Part shown: piece by piece, positions 36,012 to 49,876 of the stretch
How the letters are laid out: the number at the start of each line of letters is the position of its first letter
Numbering within the stretch: the stretch's first letter is position 1
Assembly: GCF_008831285.2 (NCBI RefSeq)
Contig: NC_045138.2
Coordinates: forward strand, 4,898,001 to 4,962,000
Reading direction: 5' to 3'
Length of the DNA stretch: 64,000 bases
DNA from: Nymphaea colorata
Lineage: Eukaryota
Notes under the pieces: generated by a model
What the model was told of the DNA's origin: nothing
What the model saw: only the letters and a program-made list of their open reading frames with translations
The model's database searches: none
Translations under genes and position numbers: made by a program

Positions 36012-37928
36012 CACTCATGCAAAATTGGCAGAAATATAGCATGTGTATTGATTTGCTTTATACAGAAAAGAGATGGACAACGACATAGTCACACTAGTCT
36101 TGCTTGTAGCAACATTAAGTAAATTCATTAGATATGTTATAAATAGCATTTGTAGTTTTGTTTAGTACCATCATTGTGAGAACTCTCAACCGTTCTTGTA
36201 GATGGATCTTTAAGAAGTTAAAAGTAAAATATCTTGATTTACATACGCCATTTTGGAACGGTTCAAGAAACAATGATTTTAGCTATTCTGAAATCATAAT
36301 TCCACCCTTTTGGTAGAATCACAATTCCAAAATTTTGATTCAATAATGAGTCTCTAATTTGGGAATCAAAAATTTTTGTTTGGTAACACAATTCCCATTT
36401 CATTAAAAAATGAAAATTTTAATTCTATAATTTCAGAATTTTCTCATCAGACACCCCAAAACGTATGTATAAGTCACCATTCAGGAAATATACTTTTATA
36501 CATAGTATTGCAAACCAATAAACAAAATCATCGAATGACTTTGAATCAATTTATATAATCCTTACATTTACTCTCCACATATTCCATTTAACCTATAATC
36601 CTGACAACTATAAAATTAACAACGCTGGTATTTCTCTCTATATCTCTCATCATATCAACGATTATCCACAGTAGGCACTATTTATGAGCATTATATGATA
36701 TTCAAAAGAGATAAAAACAAAAAAATAGAGGTTGGAGGAGAGCTTAAAACGGCCAATTCAATAATGAGTCTATTAACCAAATTGCATTTAGAGAGAAGTG
36801 TGAGATCTGATTTGCAGGTCAGTTCAGTAGTTTTGGAATGGTACTAAAAGGATAATATTAAATATCAACTAGTTTACATTGATGCTTTACTCAAATCCGC
36901 AATTTTGACAAACTCAACTACATTTACATAGTTACACTTTTCAAAAATGACTAGAATTTAGCTAGGGAATGCAATTCTGCCGTGAATAGCTAAAAATGAA
37001 AAATTTATTGCCAAAACACACTCCACACACTATATATATATATTCCATATCTGAGGTGCTAGAGTTGCAAGGAACCATCTCAGTTTTTAATCTTTTCCAA
37101 ATTGATTGTTGAGAGGAAAGAAAATGAGATTTGAATTTTTAACAGGCACAATATGGTAACAACTACTTTTTTGGCTACTTTATTTAACTGAATTCCATTT
37201 ATATTTCAATTTTTATAACAAGTATTTACCAAACTATTTAGCCATGGCGCAGCCACATATGGGCTAGTTTCGGCAGTTCCATACAGCAGGCCGTCAATGT
37301 TTCTTTATTTTCATATTAATTGTCAAATGTTCGCTATGTACGTATATAAGTATCTCTTCGCATATGAAAATCTATGAATTCGAGTGTCATTTCAGAACAT
37401 TTTTCTGACTCCGCTGCTCGCGAATGATATCTCCAAGTTGCAGTTTTATTTTTCTTTTAAATGCATGCGCGGTGCTTCTCTTTCTCTCTCTATCTCTGTC
37501 TCGCTGACGTTGATACAGAGGCAGTGGGACAGCCGGGGGGCCGAAGCAAGGGACATAGTTATGGACACATGTGAGGCAATAAACTCGAACACGGGCTGGA
37601 AATTATTGCCTTGACAATTGGAGCTTGGAATTTATGCATGCTTGAAATGGCTTCAGATTGGTTGAAAGCTTTGGGTCACTCCATTGAATGGAGTAATTTG
37701 CTCCTATTGGCAACTTGTTGTTTGTCCTGAACTGTTCAGGTTTATGTACCTACTAGTCCATCCAGAAAGGGAAGAGAGATATATATGTATCTCATCATGG
37801 TCCTGCCAGGGCCTTCTTAAATTTTTGTGAAGCTTTTTTCTATTTGGAAATGGGCAATTCTGTGTACTATTTTGTCACTTTACGATAGGAGACATTTTCA
37901 GATTTACATGGAAAAGTGGAGTGCGTGC

Positions 37929-38310
37929 TAGGGATGTCCAATGAGTCTAGCCAACTCGGGCTCAACTCGAACTCGCTCCGTTGAAGAGTCGAGTTCGAAC
38001 TTGACTGATAACTTGAGTTTGTAAATGAGTCGAGTTCAAGTTGGATGAACTCGAATCGATTAAACCTGATTAGACTCTTTTAACACTAACAACACCTATT
38101 TTTGTAATTTTATAAACTTAAAATGGCTTTAATAAAATTGTAGAAATTTTAAGCATAAAATATATATTAAGGGACGCCAGCATAAACAAGTCAAGCTTGA
38201 GATCTGTCTCCGTTAAAAGAGTCATGTTCAAGCTCACATCATAAAGCTTGAGCCGAGCTATGTGAGACATGAGTCGAGTTCAAGCTCGACTTGCTCGTTG
38301 TACATCCCTA
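37929..38310. mobile_element. hAT-type MITE rich in CTCGA/TCGAG subterminal repeats
   Basis: TIRs TAGGGATGT.../...ACATCCCTA with 8-bp TSD GTGCGTGC / GTGCTTGC. Confidence 0.85.
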
Positions 38311-39428
38311 GTGCTTGCTTGATTATATTCAAATGCAATTATGGGGTGATTTGTTGTTCGCTTTCTTGCTAAGCACCTTTTTATATAATTTTTTGAGAAG
38401 GTGAGAAAAGAAAAAGAAAAGAAATTGAGCTTCTCTCACAATGATATGCCACCTTCCATGATCTTGCTGGAAGTACGGATGTCAATGTATCCTACTTAAA
38501 TCAAATATCTCTGACTGTCATTCCAAAAAAAAAAGATGTGAAAAAAAAATAATATTCGATTAAGAAATTGTATTCGATCAATTTGGAATCAGATTGGATT
38601 TAGTTTCAAACAAATATCCTATATCTAATCCTCTATCAGCCGAACTCAGTCCAAATTTTGGATTCACATATGAATGTAATGATCAGGTTCAGATTGTGAA
38701 ATTGGATTTCATATTCAGATTCTAATATGTCTTTTCTTGGTTGTGATTGAAATCTTAATATATGAATATCAGAAAAAACATTGATGATTTAAGAGTATTA
38801 TGACATCTCTAGCCGGGGTTTGCCTCTGAATTCATACTTTGTCCAAAAGTGAAAGAATATGTGTACAAACAATTAAAACCAAAATAGAAAGAGAATGGTT
38901 TGCTACCTTACCTTGGTATATATATATATACCTCAAAGTGATGTTAAGATAATTGTTATTCAGTAATAGGAACAGTAATAAAATGTTACATGAATATGTT
39001 TTAAAGGTTAGAGCAGGTTACATGGAATAATTTGTTATTGTTCCCATTGTCAAACGCCCCGAAACTCACTATATTTTATAGTGTTTGATTTTATTCAACG
39101 AAAAAAAAAAAGGGAGAGGGGGAGAGAGAGAAAACATTGAATATCTAAAAAAAATCTAGAAGCAAAAAAACCTGATGAAGGTCTGCAGATGTGCCAAGAA
39201 ACGGCACCATATAAGCTCAGCAATCATCCAGAAAACGGTGGGTCATGGAAAGTTGGCCACTTGGATTTAAAGGCAAAGCTGTTCATGAACTGGCTTGCCA
39301 ATGTCGTGATGTATCAAACGAGCGTTATATATTTCTATATGATGATAAATTGTGTGAAGAATGCATATTTATATTTATTAAAGACATCCTTTATGATGTG
39401 TGGTCCTTTTCTTTCCCTCTAAAAGTTT

Positions 39429-39484
<56 letters not shown>

Positions 39485-42400
39485 CGTGTGTGCGTGCGCA
39501 CCCATGTTGAGGGCCGGAGGCACCATGTCGGTGCGTCGGCATGCGTGGGGACTTGTCCAGAAAAACTTTATTGGCTGTCCTCTACATTTTCTCTAAAATG
39601 AAAAGGCTTTGCGGACAGGATGATATACTTGCCCCCAGTTGGTGTGGTCCTTACACAAATTATCATTGGAAAATGTTATTATGACATTATTTTATTGTAG
39701 TCTTTTGTTGAGGGAAATTGGTAAATCCTAAACTGCTAGGTCAAGCTGGATAAAAACTAGACTCTTAAAAGATTTTGTTAAAAAATATATTTTAAATAAA
39801 TTAAAAACACCATCATATTTATAAAAAACTGATTTGATATAAAATATGTTTTTAACGAAAAATGGGATTTCCCAATGACAAAAACTTTGATGTTTTATGA
39901 ACCGTTCAGTTTTACTTATTACAAAAATACAATTAAATTAAAAAATGATTATCATAATTATATGTTCTCTATCACCTTATTATTGAGATCATATTTATAA
40001 GGTTAGATCATTAAAAAAAAAAACACCTTAATCATTGCATCAACATACTGGTTTTTGTCAGTGACCTAGTGATATGAGACCTGGCAATTACTCCCTTGTC
40101 GATGGGATGATAAAATAACTTCACTTTTCAGTTTTCTGCATTTATAGATGGATGAGAGAAGTGGGTTCCTCACAGTACAGCAAGCAAGTTGCTGGTATTG
40201 GCCTATATACCTCCTTAAAGGACCCATCAATCTCTTTGTATTATCCTTCTTCTTATAAAGAGATAGAGAGAGGAGAGGAGAGAAGAGTGGTGGGGGTATA
40301 AGAGTCCGTCCACTTGGCCTTATAATAGCACCTCTAATCATAAGATCAACATTACTTTTCAATACCATCAGGATATCTCCTTTCAATAATCGAACTGAAG
40401 ACCTGGCTCATAACATCAACACTACTTTTCAATACCATCAAGATAGTACCATTTTCAGTAATTGAACTGAGGACGTGGCTACAGCACACCTCCCAGCCCA
40501 ACCGGTTGCGCTACCCATCATTTGGTGAGAGAGAGAGAAAAAAAAAAGATTATTTAAAAAATTTTAACAATAAAAGTTCTTGCACCCCTGGCCCCACCTC
40601 AAGATTTAAAAAAAAAATACATATAAATTTTAGAAAAGTTTAAGAATTTCAGCGCATGTCAAAATTTAGAAACTTTAATTCTACCCTCCTCATAAAAAAT
40701 TTCTGACTTTGCCCTTACTGCCCACCTACCGGATCAGGCAGCTACTTCAAATTTCTTTAAGCCTACAGTATTGAATCTATTTGATGTTGTAGCCGAGCAT
40801 TATTAGTCTCGACATCTCTAGCTGGCATGCTTTTAAGTACCAGAGAGAGCAAGAACTGGTTGTATTGACAACTTGGTGGGAGCTAGTGGCAACGCTAGAA
40901 TTCTAATTTTTTATTACAAGTTAAACTCATTTGATTAACTATAATTGAGAAAATGAATCACTTAAAACTCAGCTGTTGGATAGGGTTGGATAGGGTTGAA
41001 TAGTATTTTCAAAATTTATACAAAGGCTGAACAATATTTTTCAAAATTTTTGTATGAACCAAAAAAAGAAAAATTCAAAAAATATAAGTATAAATCTTTT
41101 TTAATGGAGGAGAGTCCTAGGCCCTGCTAGCCCTCCCTTCCCTCGGCTCTTCGAAACAACTTTCCTTTTACCCATCTCTCAACATACATTCTGAGAAAGT
41201 GGTGGAGCCAAAGGGGGGTCCTTAGGGGCCCTTGTCCCTCTCAAAAAAAAAAAAATTACACATAAATTTTAGAAATTTTTGCTTGTCTTATATAAAAATT
41301 TTGAAAAATTATATTTTAGCCCTTTTCAAAATTTAGAAACTTCAATTTGACCCTCCTCATAAAAAATTTCTAACTCTGCCTCTTATATGAGATTGTCATT
41401 TTGCTTTATCTCCAAACTAACATTTCTCATATTTGTGCTTCTTGGGTAAGTCTTTAACTCTGTTATTACTCAAATGTATTTACTGAAGAAGCCAACAATG
41501 TATAGTAAGTGAGAAATTGGAGGAATTGAAACCAGATGGCTAAATTGTAGAGAATTAAATTGGAATCAGTCCACGGCAGGATGTTGCGAGATGATTAAAT
41601 ATACAGAAATGGTCACTAAAAACAACATGACGCTGGAGCATTTGCAACGGTTTAGTGATAGTGTAACAACGTTTTATTGTGTTTTAGTGATAGTGTATTG
41701 GGATTTTAGCGACAAGTCTTTGATACTTACCGTTCGGCAGTCAGTGGATTTCAATTGTATGAGAACTGATTCAAAATAATATAAGGGCTAAATAGATGTA
41801 TGTGGACCCAAATCAGCAGTCAACTCAAAACGAGACATAAACCTTTAACTTCAAATCGGCAGTTTAAACTATAGTCACAAATAACATTTTGGAGGTTTAA
41901 ACGGTAAAGTTTCTCTTGGGTATAATACGATGAGCTTAAAAAACTGAAAAAATATGGTAAATTTTTATAATTTAGAAAAACTAAAAATAGAGAAAAAATA
42001 AAATAAATAAGAAATTAATAATACAAACATCAAAAGATAAGTAGATTTGCAATAAATAAAAATTAGAAAAAAAACTGTTTGGCATTAAAAAAATGTAAAA
42101 AGTAAAAAAAAAAGCGCATTTTTTTGTTTTTTATGTTTTTTTCAAAAAAAATGCATTTTTTAAAGTTTTAAACTGTAATTTAAGTTATCATGTTTTTTGC
42201 ATTTTTTTTTCAAAATAAATGCCGTTTTTGTGACTATTTCAACACTGCAATTCATTAAAACTATTGGTCTCACGTTGGTAATTGAGAGGCCTTGTTTCCC
42301 CGCGTTCATTCCAAGAGCTGTCTGTGCAAGCGTTTAATTGACTGCTTGCTTGAAAGAAAGTCCAAACGGGTCAGTGGCACAACCTAAAAGGAAAAAATTT

Positions 42401-44612
42401 ATCTTGTAAGAAATTTCGTTTTAATTAGGATCTACGTCTCCACTTTTAGTGTTTCTAAACACATTCACATTTTGTTTAAAATCTTTATCAACACGAGTTT
42501 TAAGAGGTCTGGTATGTATCCCTTACCCAAATGGTCTGGTATGGAAGGACCGCTATGGATATCAATACCGGTGTATTTGATCACCGCTATAGTGTAATTG
42601 AAAACAACACTAAAATGCAGCTTTGTTTTGACAAACTTTATAGCCATGTCATTTTCTCTTCCCTAAGCCAAAAAATATAATGAAGACATACATCTAGACT
42701 ACATGTGAACGTTTTCAATTCAAAAAAGTTGGAAAATATTGTAGAATGATATGCACATAACAGCTTGGCCTTTTTTTTTTTTTTTTTTTGCAACATTAGA
42801 ATGTTGATATAGCTAAAAGGGGATTGATGGCCTTGTTCTGAGAGGTTATATCTACAACTTAATATATACTATTTGATGTATTTAAAATATACAGGTTAGA
42901 TGATTCCGTCAAATCTGGTATATGGCAACAATAAATCCTCGTTTTGTATACATTGGTTTTTTCTTTAAGAAATTGAACTGTTAACACTACATAGCCTTGT
43001 CCAGGTTTCCCACTGTTTGAGAGACACAAGATAATTGGTTGGGTCCTATTTGTCATGTACACCAGCGCATCCTCTATTAGGGTCCGCACTCAATCTTTAG
43101 CCTCATTATGAGGTTGTGTTCCATTCGAACGATGCTAATGCTACAGCATGTTTCCTGTTGTTGCAAATAATGGACCGTTCAAGGTGGGGCGTGCTTCTAT
43201 GTCTGTTTTTTTTTCCATAAGTGGGAGAGAACCCATTATTGCAAAGAGATTTTTATCCTCTTTCCACGTCCAAAGCTGCATGGAGACCAGTGAATTTGCG
43301 GTTATTCCATTCAACTTGAGAATAACAACTCGAGAATAGCATCTGCTAACATCTACATGATTCAAACTGATGATCAATTTCTCATTGACCTGTCAACCGG
43401 ATTAGTTATGCTTAGGAGCGAAGAGAAGGGGGGGTCGCATGAACCCTGGTCCCACCTCAAAAACTTAAAAAAATATACATGTAATTTTTAGAAAATTTCA
43501 ATTGTCCTATATAAAAATTTTGAAAAATAATATTTCAGCACTTATCAAAATTTATTTTCATGAAAAATTTCTAGCTCGCTCTTTTCTATGCTATCCCCTC
43601 GAGACGCCATTGGCCACTCATGAAAAGTCAAAGACTCAAAATGAGCCATGAAAGAATGCTGCAGCATGTTCTGTTCCACCCGTTCCACGTATGATAAATG
43701 ACACTTCCGAACTAGGCAGACATTTGTCTCCTGGGTTGACGCCACCAGGAAGAAAATCCAAATGCAGTTCCTTCCTTCCACTCGGTTCGGAACGCTTTTG
43801 TCAAACAACCGTACAGAGACGGCTGACGGACACTTTGTGGGATTCACCAACCACCCGCGCCAAGGAAGAAGCCCATTAGTCATGTGGTGTTTAGACTGGA
43901 GAGGCCACGTGATAGATTTTTGTTTTTAAATTTTATATTTATAATTTTTTAAAAAAAAAAATCTCTTAAAATTATGCCCAAAAAATGTAAAATGTCAGAG
44001 CATCTTCAATTGCTCAATCGCGCACATGGTATCAGGACGGGGACCTCCAGGTTTTCAGAAAATTTAGTAATTATATTATTTTTTCATGAAAAAAACATTT
44101 AAAATGTATAGAAGACATAATATGTGGGTTGTTCTTCCCTGAAGTAATTTATCTCTGTGCGTACATGGCATATGCAGTCAGGGCGTGGAAATAAGGGCAG
44201 GCTCGCAAGGTCCCGGCCCTCTTAAAAAAAAAAATGAAAATGAAAATTTATATGTAAATTTTAAAAAAATTCAATTGTTTTATATCAAAATTTAAAGAAA
44301 TAATATTCAGTTCTTGTCAAAATTTATAAACTTTAATTTTACTCTTTCATAAAAAAAATTCTGTGTCCACCCTTGTATGCATGCAGTGTAGTTGTTGACT
44401 CTTTTTCGAGTGATGAGTTAGTAATTTTTTCACTCACTTAAACATCTAAAACCTGACCTTGAAAGACCTTGAAAGTAAAGAAAAGGGAAACTTCTACTCT
44501 TGTCCAAGCAGTGAATCGTAATCTTCTCTCACCTGAAAATACTATACTTACTCTAACTCTTTTGCCATTAATTTATCAAACTCTATTGTGAAATCTCTCC
44601 CTCTCTCTCTCT

Positions 44613-44647
<35 letters not shown>

Positions 44648-46008
44648 GTGTGTATAGGGAGTAAGGCACACCATATCGGTCAGGTCCGTCGGCAAGCATT
44701 AAGAGTTGTCCCAAAAAAAGTTCATTGGGTGTCCTCTACGCTTTGTCTAAAGTGGAAAGACATTCAAGATCGTACGCACATGGAGAGATATTCTTACACC
44801 CAATTGGTGTGGGTGAAATATTGTTATGACAATATTTATTGTTAATCTTAATCCTTGTTGAGGGAAATCGGTAAATGGCAGACCTGTTAGGACAGGAGTA
44901 AAAACCAGATCCTTAAATTTTTTTTTGAAACAATATATTTTAAATAAAATAAAACATCTTAATATATTCATGAAAACTAATTTGATATAAAATATGCTTT
45001 AATTTAAGTTGTTTATACGAAAAACGGGGATTACTCCACAATCAAAATTTTGATGTTGTATGGCCGCTCTGGTTGAATTATTCTAAAAATACAATTAAAA
45101 TTTAAAATTGATTACCTTAATAATTAATATACGTTTCCTATCAATTTATTATTAAGATCATATTTATAAGGTTAGATCATTAGAAACAAAATATCTTAAT
45201 CATTACATGTGAACAGTTGGTTTTTGTCCCTGACTTAGTGATATGAAACCTATCAATTACTCCCATTGTGATGGCCCCTTTCATTTATAGGTGGTTCTTA
45301 GAGGTGGGTTACACAGTACAGCAAGTTGTTGGTACTGACCTTTATAGCTTCCTTGAGGACCCATTAATCTCCTGTGCCAACCTTCTTGAGAGAGAGAGAT
45401 TGTATAAAAGTCTTTTAACAATAAAAGCTCAATGTACGTTGCACCACATGTGTATTGGAGAGTGAGTTGCATGAGCTGCTTGGTGCACGAACACATATAC
45501 GCCAAAAATAAAAAGGTAAGGAGTTGAGATATTTTGAAAATTATTTAAAAAGAGATGTCGTTTTTAGTCTTTTAACTTTTGCAGACTTTTTTGTCCCTGT
45601 CAAAAGTTTTCTTCTTTGTATAAAAAATTTCATGCACCACTATACGCCAAAAATAAAAAGGTAAGGAGTTGAGATATTTTGAAAATTATTTAAAAAGAGA
45701 TGTCCTTTTTAGTCTTTTAACTTTTGCATTTTTTTTTTTTTTGGGGTCTCTGTCAAAAGTTTTCTTCTTTGTATAAAAAATTTCATGCACCACTGTAGCG
45801 TAAATAACCCACTTCATGTCCATTGTGCTTATTCAAGGGGTTGACACTCTAAAATCAGTAACTGACTGGCAGGTCGCTATGTCAATTTTCTTTAAGCTTA
45901 CAAAGGATCTATGCGATGCGGTAGCTGACCTTTTAAGTTGACACCTAATGCCGACATCTGGCCAGCATGCTTTTAAGTACTAGAGAGGGCATGAACTAGC
46001 TGTATTGT
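38228..46008 (+). repeat. Tandem segmental duplication, left copy (A), non-coding
   Basis: Colinear anchors with 46009-59648: 38300/46100, 39170/47120, 40720/48480, 42690/49260, 43640/56540, 44400/57170, 45330/59075. Confidence 0.92.
41197..41384. mobile_element. hAT-type MITE present only in copy A
   Basis: Flanked by TTCTGAGA / ATATGAGA. Copy B reads catacattctgagattgcc (~48940-48960) with no insert. Confidence 0.7.
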
Positions 46009-47414
46009 ACTCAAGCTCAGATCATAGAGCTTGAATTGAGCTTGAGCTTGAGCCGAGCTATATGTGACTCGAGTCAAGTTCAAGCTCTGCTCGCCCGTTG
46101 TACATCCCTAGTGCTTGCTTGATGATATTCAAATATAATTACGAGGAGATTTGTTTTTTGCTTTCTTGCTAAGCACCTTTTTATATAACCTTTTGCCAAT
46201 GTGAGAAAAGAAAAAGAAAAGAAATTGAGCTTCTGTTGTTAGTCGATATGTCTTTATAATTTGTTAAGAGAGAGAGAGATGGTCGTTAACCTAAAATAAT
46301 GGCACGGTTTCTCTCACAATGATTTGCCACCTTCCATGATCCAGCTGGAAGTATGGACGTTAATGTATCCCATTTAAATCAAATATTTGAGTGAGTCATT
46401 CCCAAAAAAATCAGACGTGGAAAAAAAATTAATATTCGATTAAGCAATTGGATCCGATCAGATTTGGAATCAGATTTGATTTAGTTTCAAACAAATATCC
46501 TATATCTAATGCCCTATCAGCGGGACTCGGTCCAAATTTCGTATTCACATATAAATGTAAAGATCAGGTTCAGATTGTGAAATTGGATTTCAGATTTGGA
46601 TTTGGTTATGTCTTTTCTTGGTTCAGATTAAAATCCGAATATATGAATATCAGAAAAAACATATATGATTGAGAGTATTATCTTGATTCGAATATGATCC
46701 ACTAACATCTCTAGCTGGAGGTTGCCTCTGAATTTATATGAAGAAGTGAAAGAATGCCTGTACAAACAATTAAAACCAAAATAGAAAGAAAATGGTTTGC
46801 TACCTTCCATAAGCACGTAGACCTCAAAGTGATGTTAAAATAAAGGGTCATTGGACAATAGAAACAGTAATAAAACGTTACATGAGTATGTTTTAAAGGT
46901 TAGAGCAGGTTTTTTGAAAATTTAGTTATAGTTTTTATGAATGTACTCCAATCTTTAGGGTAGATTATAATTTATTATTGTTCCAATTGTCAAACGGCCC
47001 CAAAACTCACTATGGTTTGATTGTGTTTGATTCGATTCAGTAAGAAAAGAGAGAGAGAGAGAGAGAGAGAGAAAAAACATTGAATATCGAAGTCTAAAAA
47101 GAAATCTAGAAGCAAAAAAACCTGATGAAGGCCAGCAGATGTGCCAAGCAACTCAGCAATCATCCAGAAAACGGTGGATCATGGAAAGTTGGCCACTTAA
47201 ATTTAAATGAAAGTTGTTCATGAAGTAGCTTGCCAATGTCGTGATGTATCAGATGAGCGTTATATATTTTTATATGACGATAAATTGGGCGAAGAATGCA
47301 TATTTATATTTATTAAAGACATCTTATGATGTGTGGTACTTTTCTTTTCCTCTAAAAGTTGGGAGCTGGTTTTATATATATTATGATGTGTTTTCCTCTA
47401 AAAGTTCAGAACTA

Positions 47415-47465
<51 letters not shown>

Positions 47466-49365
47466 TGTGTGTATGTGTGTGCGCGCACGCACGCAAGGGT
47501 GTTGAGGAGGGGTCCAAAATGGAAAGGCTTTGGAGACAGAATGCACATGGAGAGATATACTTTTCCCCAATTGGTGTGGTCCACAAGTTATCATTGGGAA
47601 ATATTATTATGACAATATTTATTGTAGTCTTTTGTTGAGGGAAATTGGTAAATCCCACACTGCTAGGTCAAGCTGGATAAAAACCAGATCCTTAAGATTT
47701 TTGTTAAAAATCTATTTAAAGTAAAATAAAAACACCATAATATATTTATAAAAATTAATTTGATCTAAAATATGCTTTAATTTAAGTAGTTTTAATGAAA
47801 AATGGGGATTTCTCCATGATCAAAATTTTGATGTTACATAAACCGTTCAGTTTTACTTATTATAAAAATACAATTAAATTAAAAAATGATTACCATAATT
47901 ATGTGTTTCCTATCACCTTATTATTGAGATCATATTTATAAGGTAAGATCATTAAAAAAAAAAAACACATTAATCATTGCTCATGGGACCTATCAATTAC
48001 TCTCTTGTCGATGGGATGATAATTATGAAATAACTTTCCTTTCCAGTTTTCGGCATTTATGGATGGTTCAGAGGTGGACTTCACATGACAGCAAGCTGCT
48101 GGTATTGGCCTGTATAGCTCCCTAGCCTATCTCCTTCTATTAACCTTCTCTTCCTCCAGAAGAAGAGAAAGAGGAGAGGGGAGACAAGAATAGATTCACT
48201 TGACCTCATAATGGCAACTCTAATAATAAGAGCACATTACTTTTCAATACTATCATAATAGCACCTTCATAATCCAACTGAAGACGTGGCTCATAAGACC
48301 TCATAAAGGCTACTGCACACCTTCCAACCCAATCGGTTGCGCTACTCATCACTTGGCGAGAGAGAAAAAAAAAAGAAAGAAAGAGATTATATAAAAAAAT
48401 TTAACAATAAAAGATCATATGTATATTTTACCACATGCACATTATGCTTGTGCAAGAAGTTGACACTCTAGAAGGCTGCCCACCTACGGGATCAGGTAGC
48501 TATGTCAAATTACTTTAAGCCTACAGTATTGAATCTATTAGATGCTGTAGCTGAACTTTATTAGTCTCGACATCTCTAGCTGGCATGCTTTTAAGTACTG
48601 GGGAGGGCAAGAACTGGCTGTATTGACAACTTGGTGGGAGACCGTGAAAATGCTAGAATTCAACTTTTTGGTTACAAGTTAAACTCATTTGGTTAACTAT
48701 AATTATGAAAATTAATCACTTAAATCTCAGCTGTTGGATGGGGCTGAATAGTATTTCTAAAATTTGTACAGGTGCTAAACAATATTTTTCAAAATTTTTA
48801 TATGAACCAGAAAAAAGGAAATTTCAAAACATATAATTATAATTTTTTTTTTTCGCAATGTGAGGAGAGTTCTAGCCCCTGCTAGCGCTTCCTTCCCTCG
48901 GCCCTTCAAAGAAACTTTCCTTTTACCAGTCTCTCAACATACATTCTGAGATTGCCATTTTGCCTTGATCTTCTAAACTAGCATTTCAAATATTTGTGGT
49001 TCTTGGCTTAGTCTAGTGTTTAATTGACTTCTTGCTTGAAAAAAAATGCAAAGGGGTCAGTGGCACAACGTAAAAGGAAAAAATTTATTTTGTAAGAAAA
49101 TTTCATTTTAATTAGGCTCTAATTTTATCAACACGAATTTAAGAGGTCTGGTTTGAGTGGTCTTAATACCGGTGCATTACAGCACCGCTGTAGCATTTAA
49201 CTTTGTTTTGAAAAACCATATAACATGTTTTCATTCTATGAAGCCAGAAAAATAATGAAGACATACATCTAGACTACATGTGAACGTTTTCAGTCCAAAA
49301 AGTTGGAAAATATGGTAAAAAGATAAGCACATAATAGTTCGGCCATTTTTTTGCAACATTAGAAT

Positions 49366-49779
49366 TGTTCCCTTATGTCGTGTCTCCACAATCATCCTTT
49401 GCTTTCATTGTACTTCCTTTGTTTATGTTCAGTCTTAGTGTAAGCTCAAATGTTCACTTGTGTTGGAGCACCCTCCCAAAATTGGCCCCAAGTATAAGAT
49501 TGAGATTCCTTGTTTTGGATGGTCAGCATTGGAATTCTGTAAGTGGCTTCGGTCAGCCTTTGTAAATAAAGTGTAAAGCTTGCTTGCTTTCCCTCGTGAT
49601 ATACTCAACTATTTAGGTGAATATATTGCGAGTTTTCCTTCTACACTCTTTGTGTATTTTGTCTTGAGTATCCAAAAAAGTGTTCAAGTGAACTGCGCCT
49701 ACTTGAACAAGGTGAAGGCTTGCCGCATACTGGCGAGAGTTTGCCGCGTCGCACGGTCCGGAGGAGTCGGCCTGTGACA
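49366..49779 (+). repeat. 5' LTR (414 bp)
   Basis: TGTTCCCTT...GTGACA, direct repeat of 54362-54777. Confidence 0.95.
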
Positions 49780-49876
49780 ACTGATATCAGAACTTTGTTC
49801 TGCGACAAAGCTGGGAAAGCGATTGGGAAGTCGGTGTAGAGGTACAAGTCAGCTTGTTGCTGTTGATAAAGACATC

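Noticed and set aside
39172..39205. Hammerhead ribozyme core CTGATGA...GAAA
   Set aside because: No convincing stem II or flanking stems, and the paralog at ~47122 lacks GAAA.
40085..40110. snRNA promoter USE (RTCCCACATCG)
   Set aside because: Only a partial match (TCCCATCG on minus) and no snRNA body nearby.
43545..43883. Small ORF MTNGLLPW... also present at 56452-56718
   Set aside because: Shared only through the duplication; runs into MITE sequence, differs by a large deletion and has no known motif.
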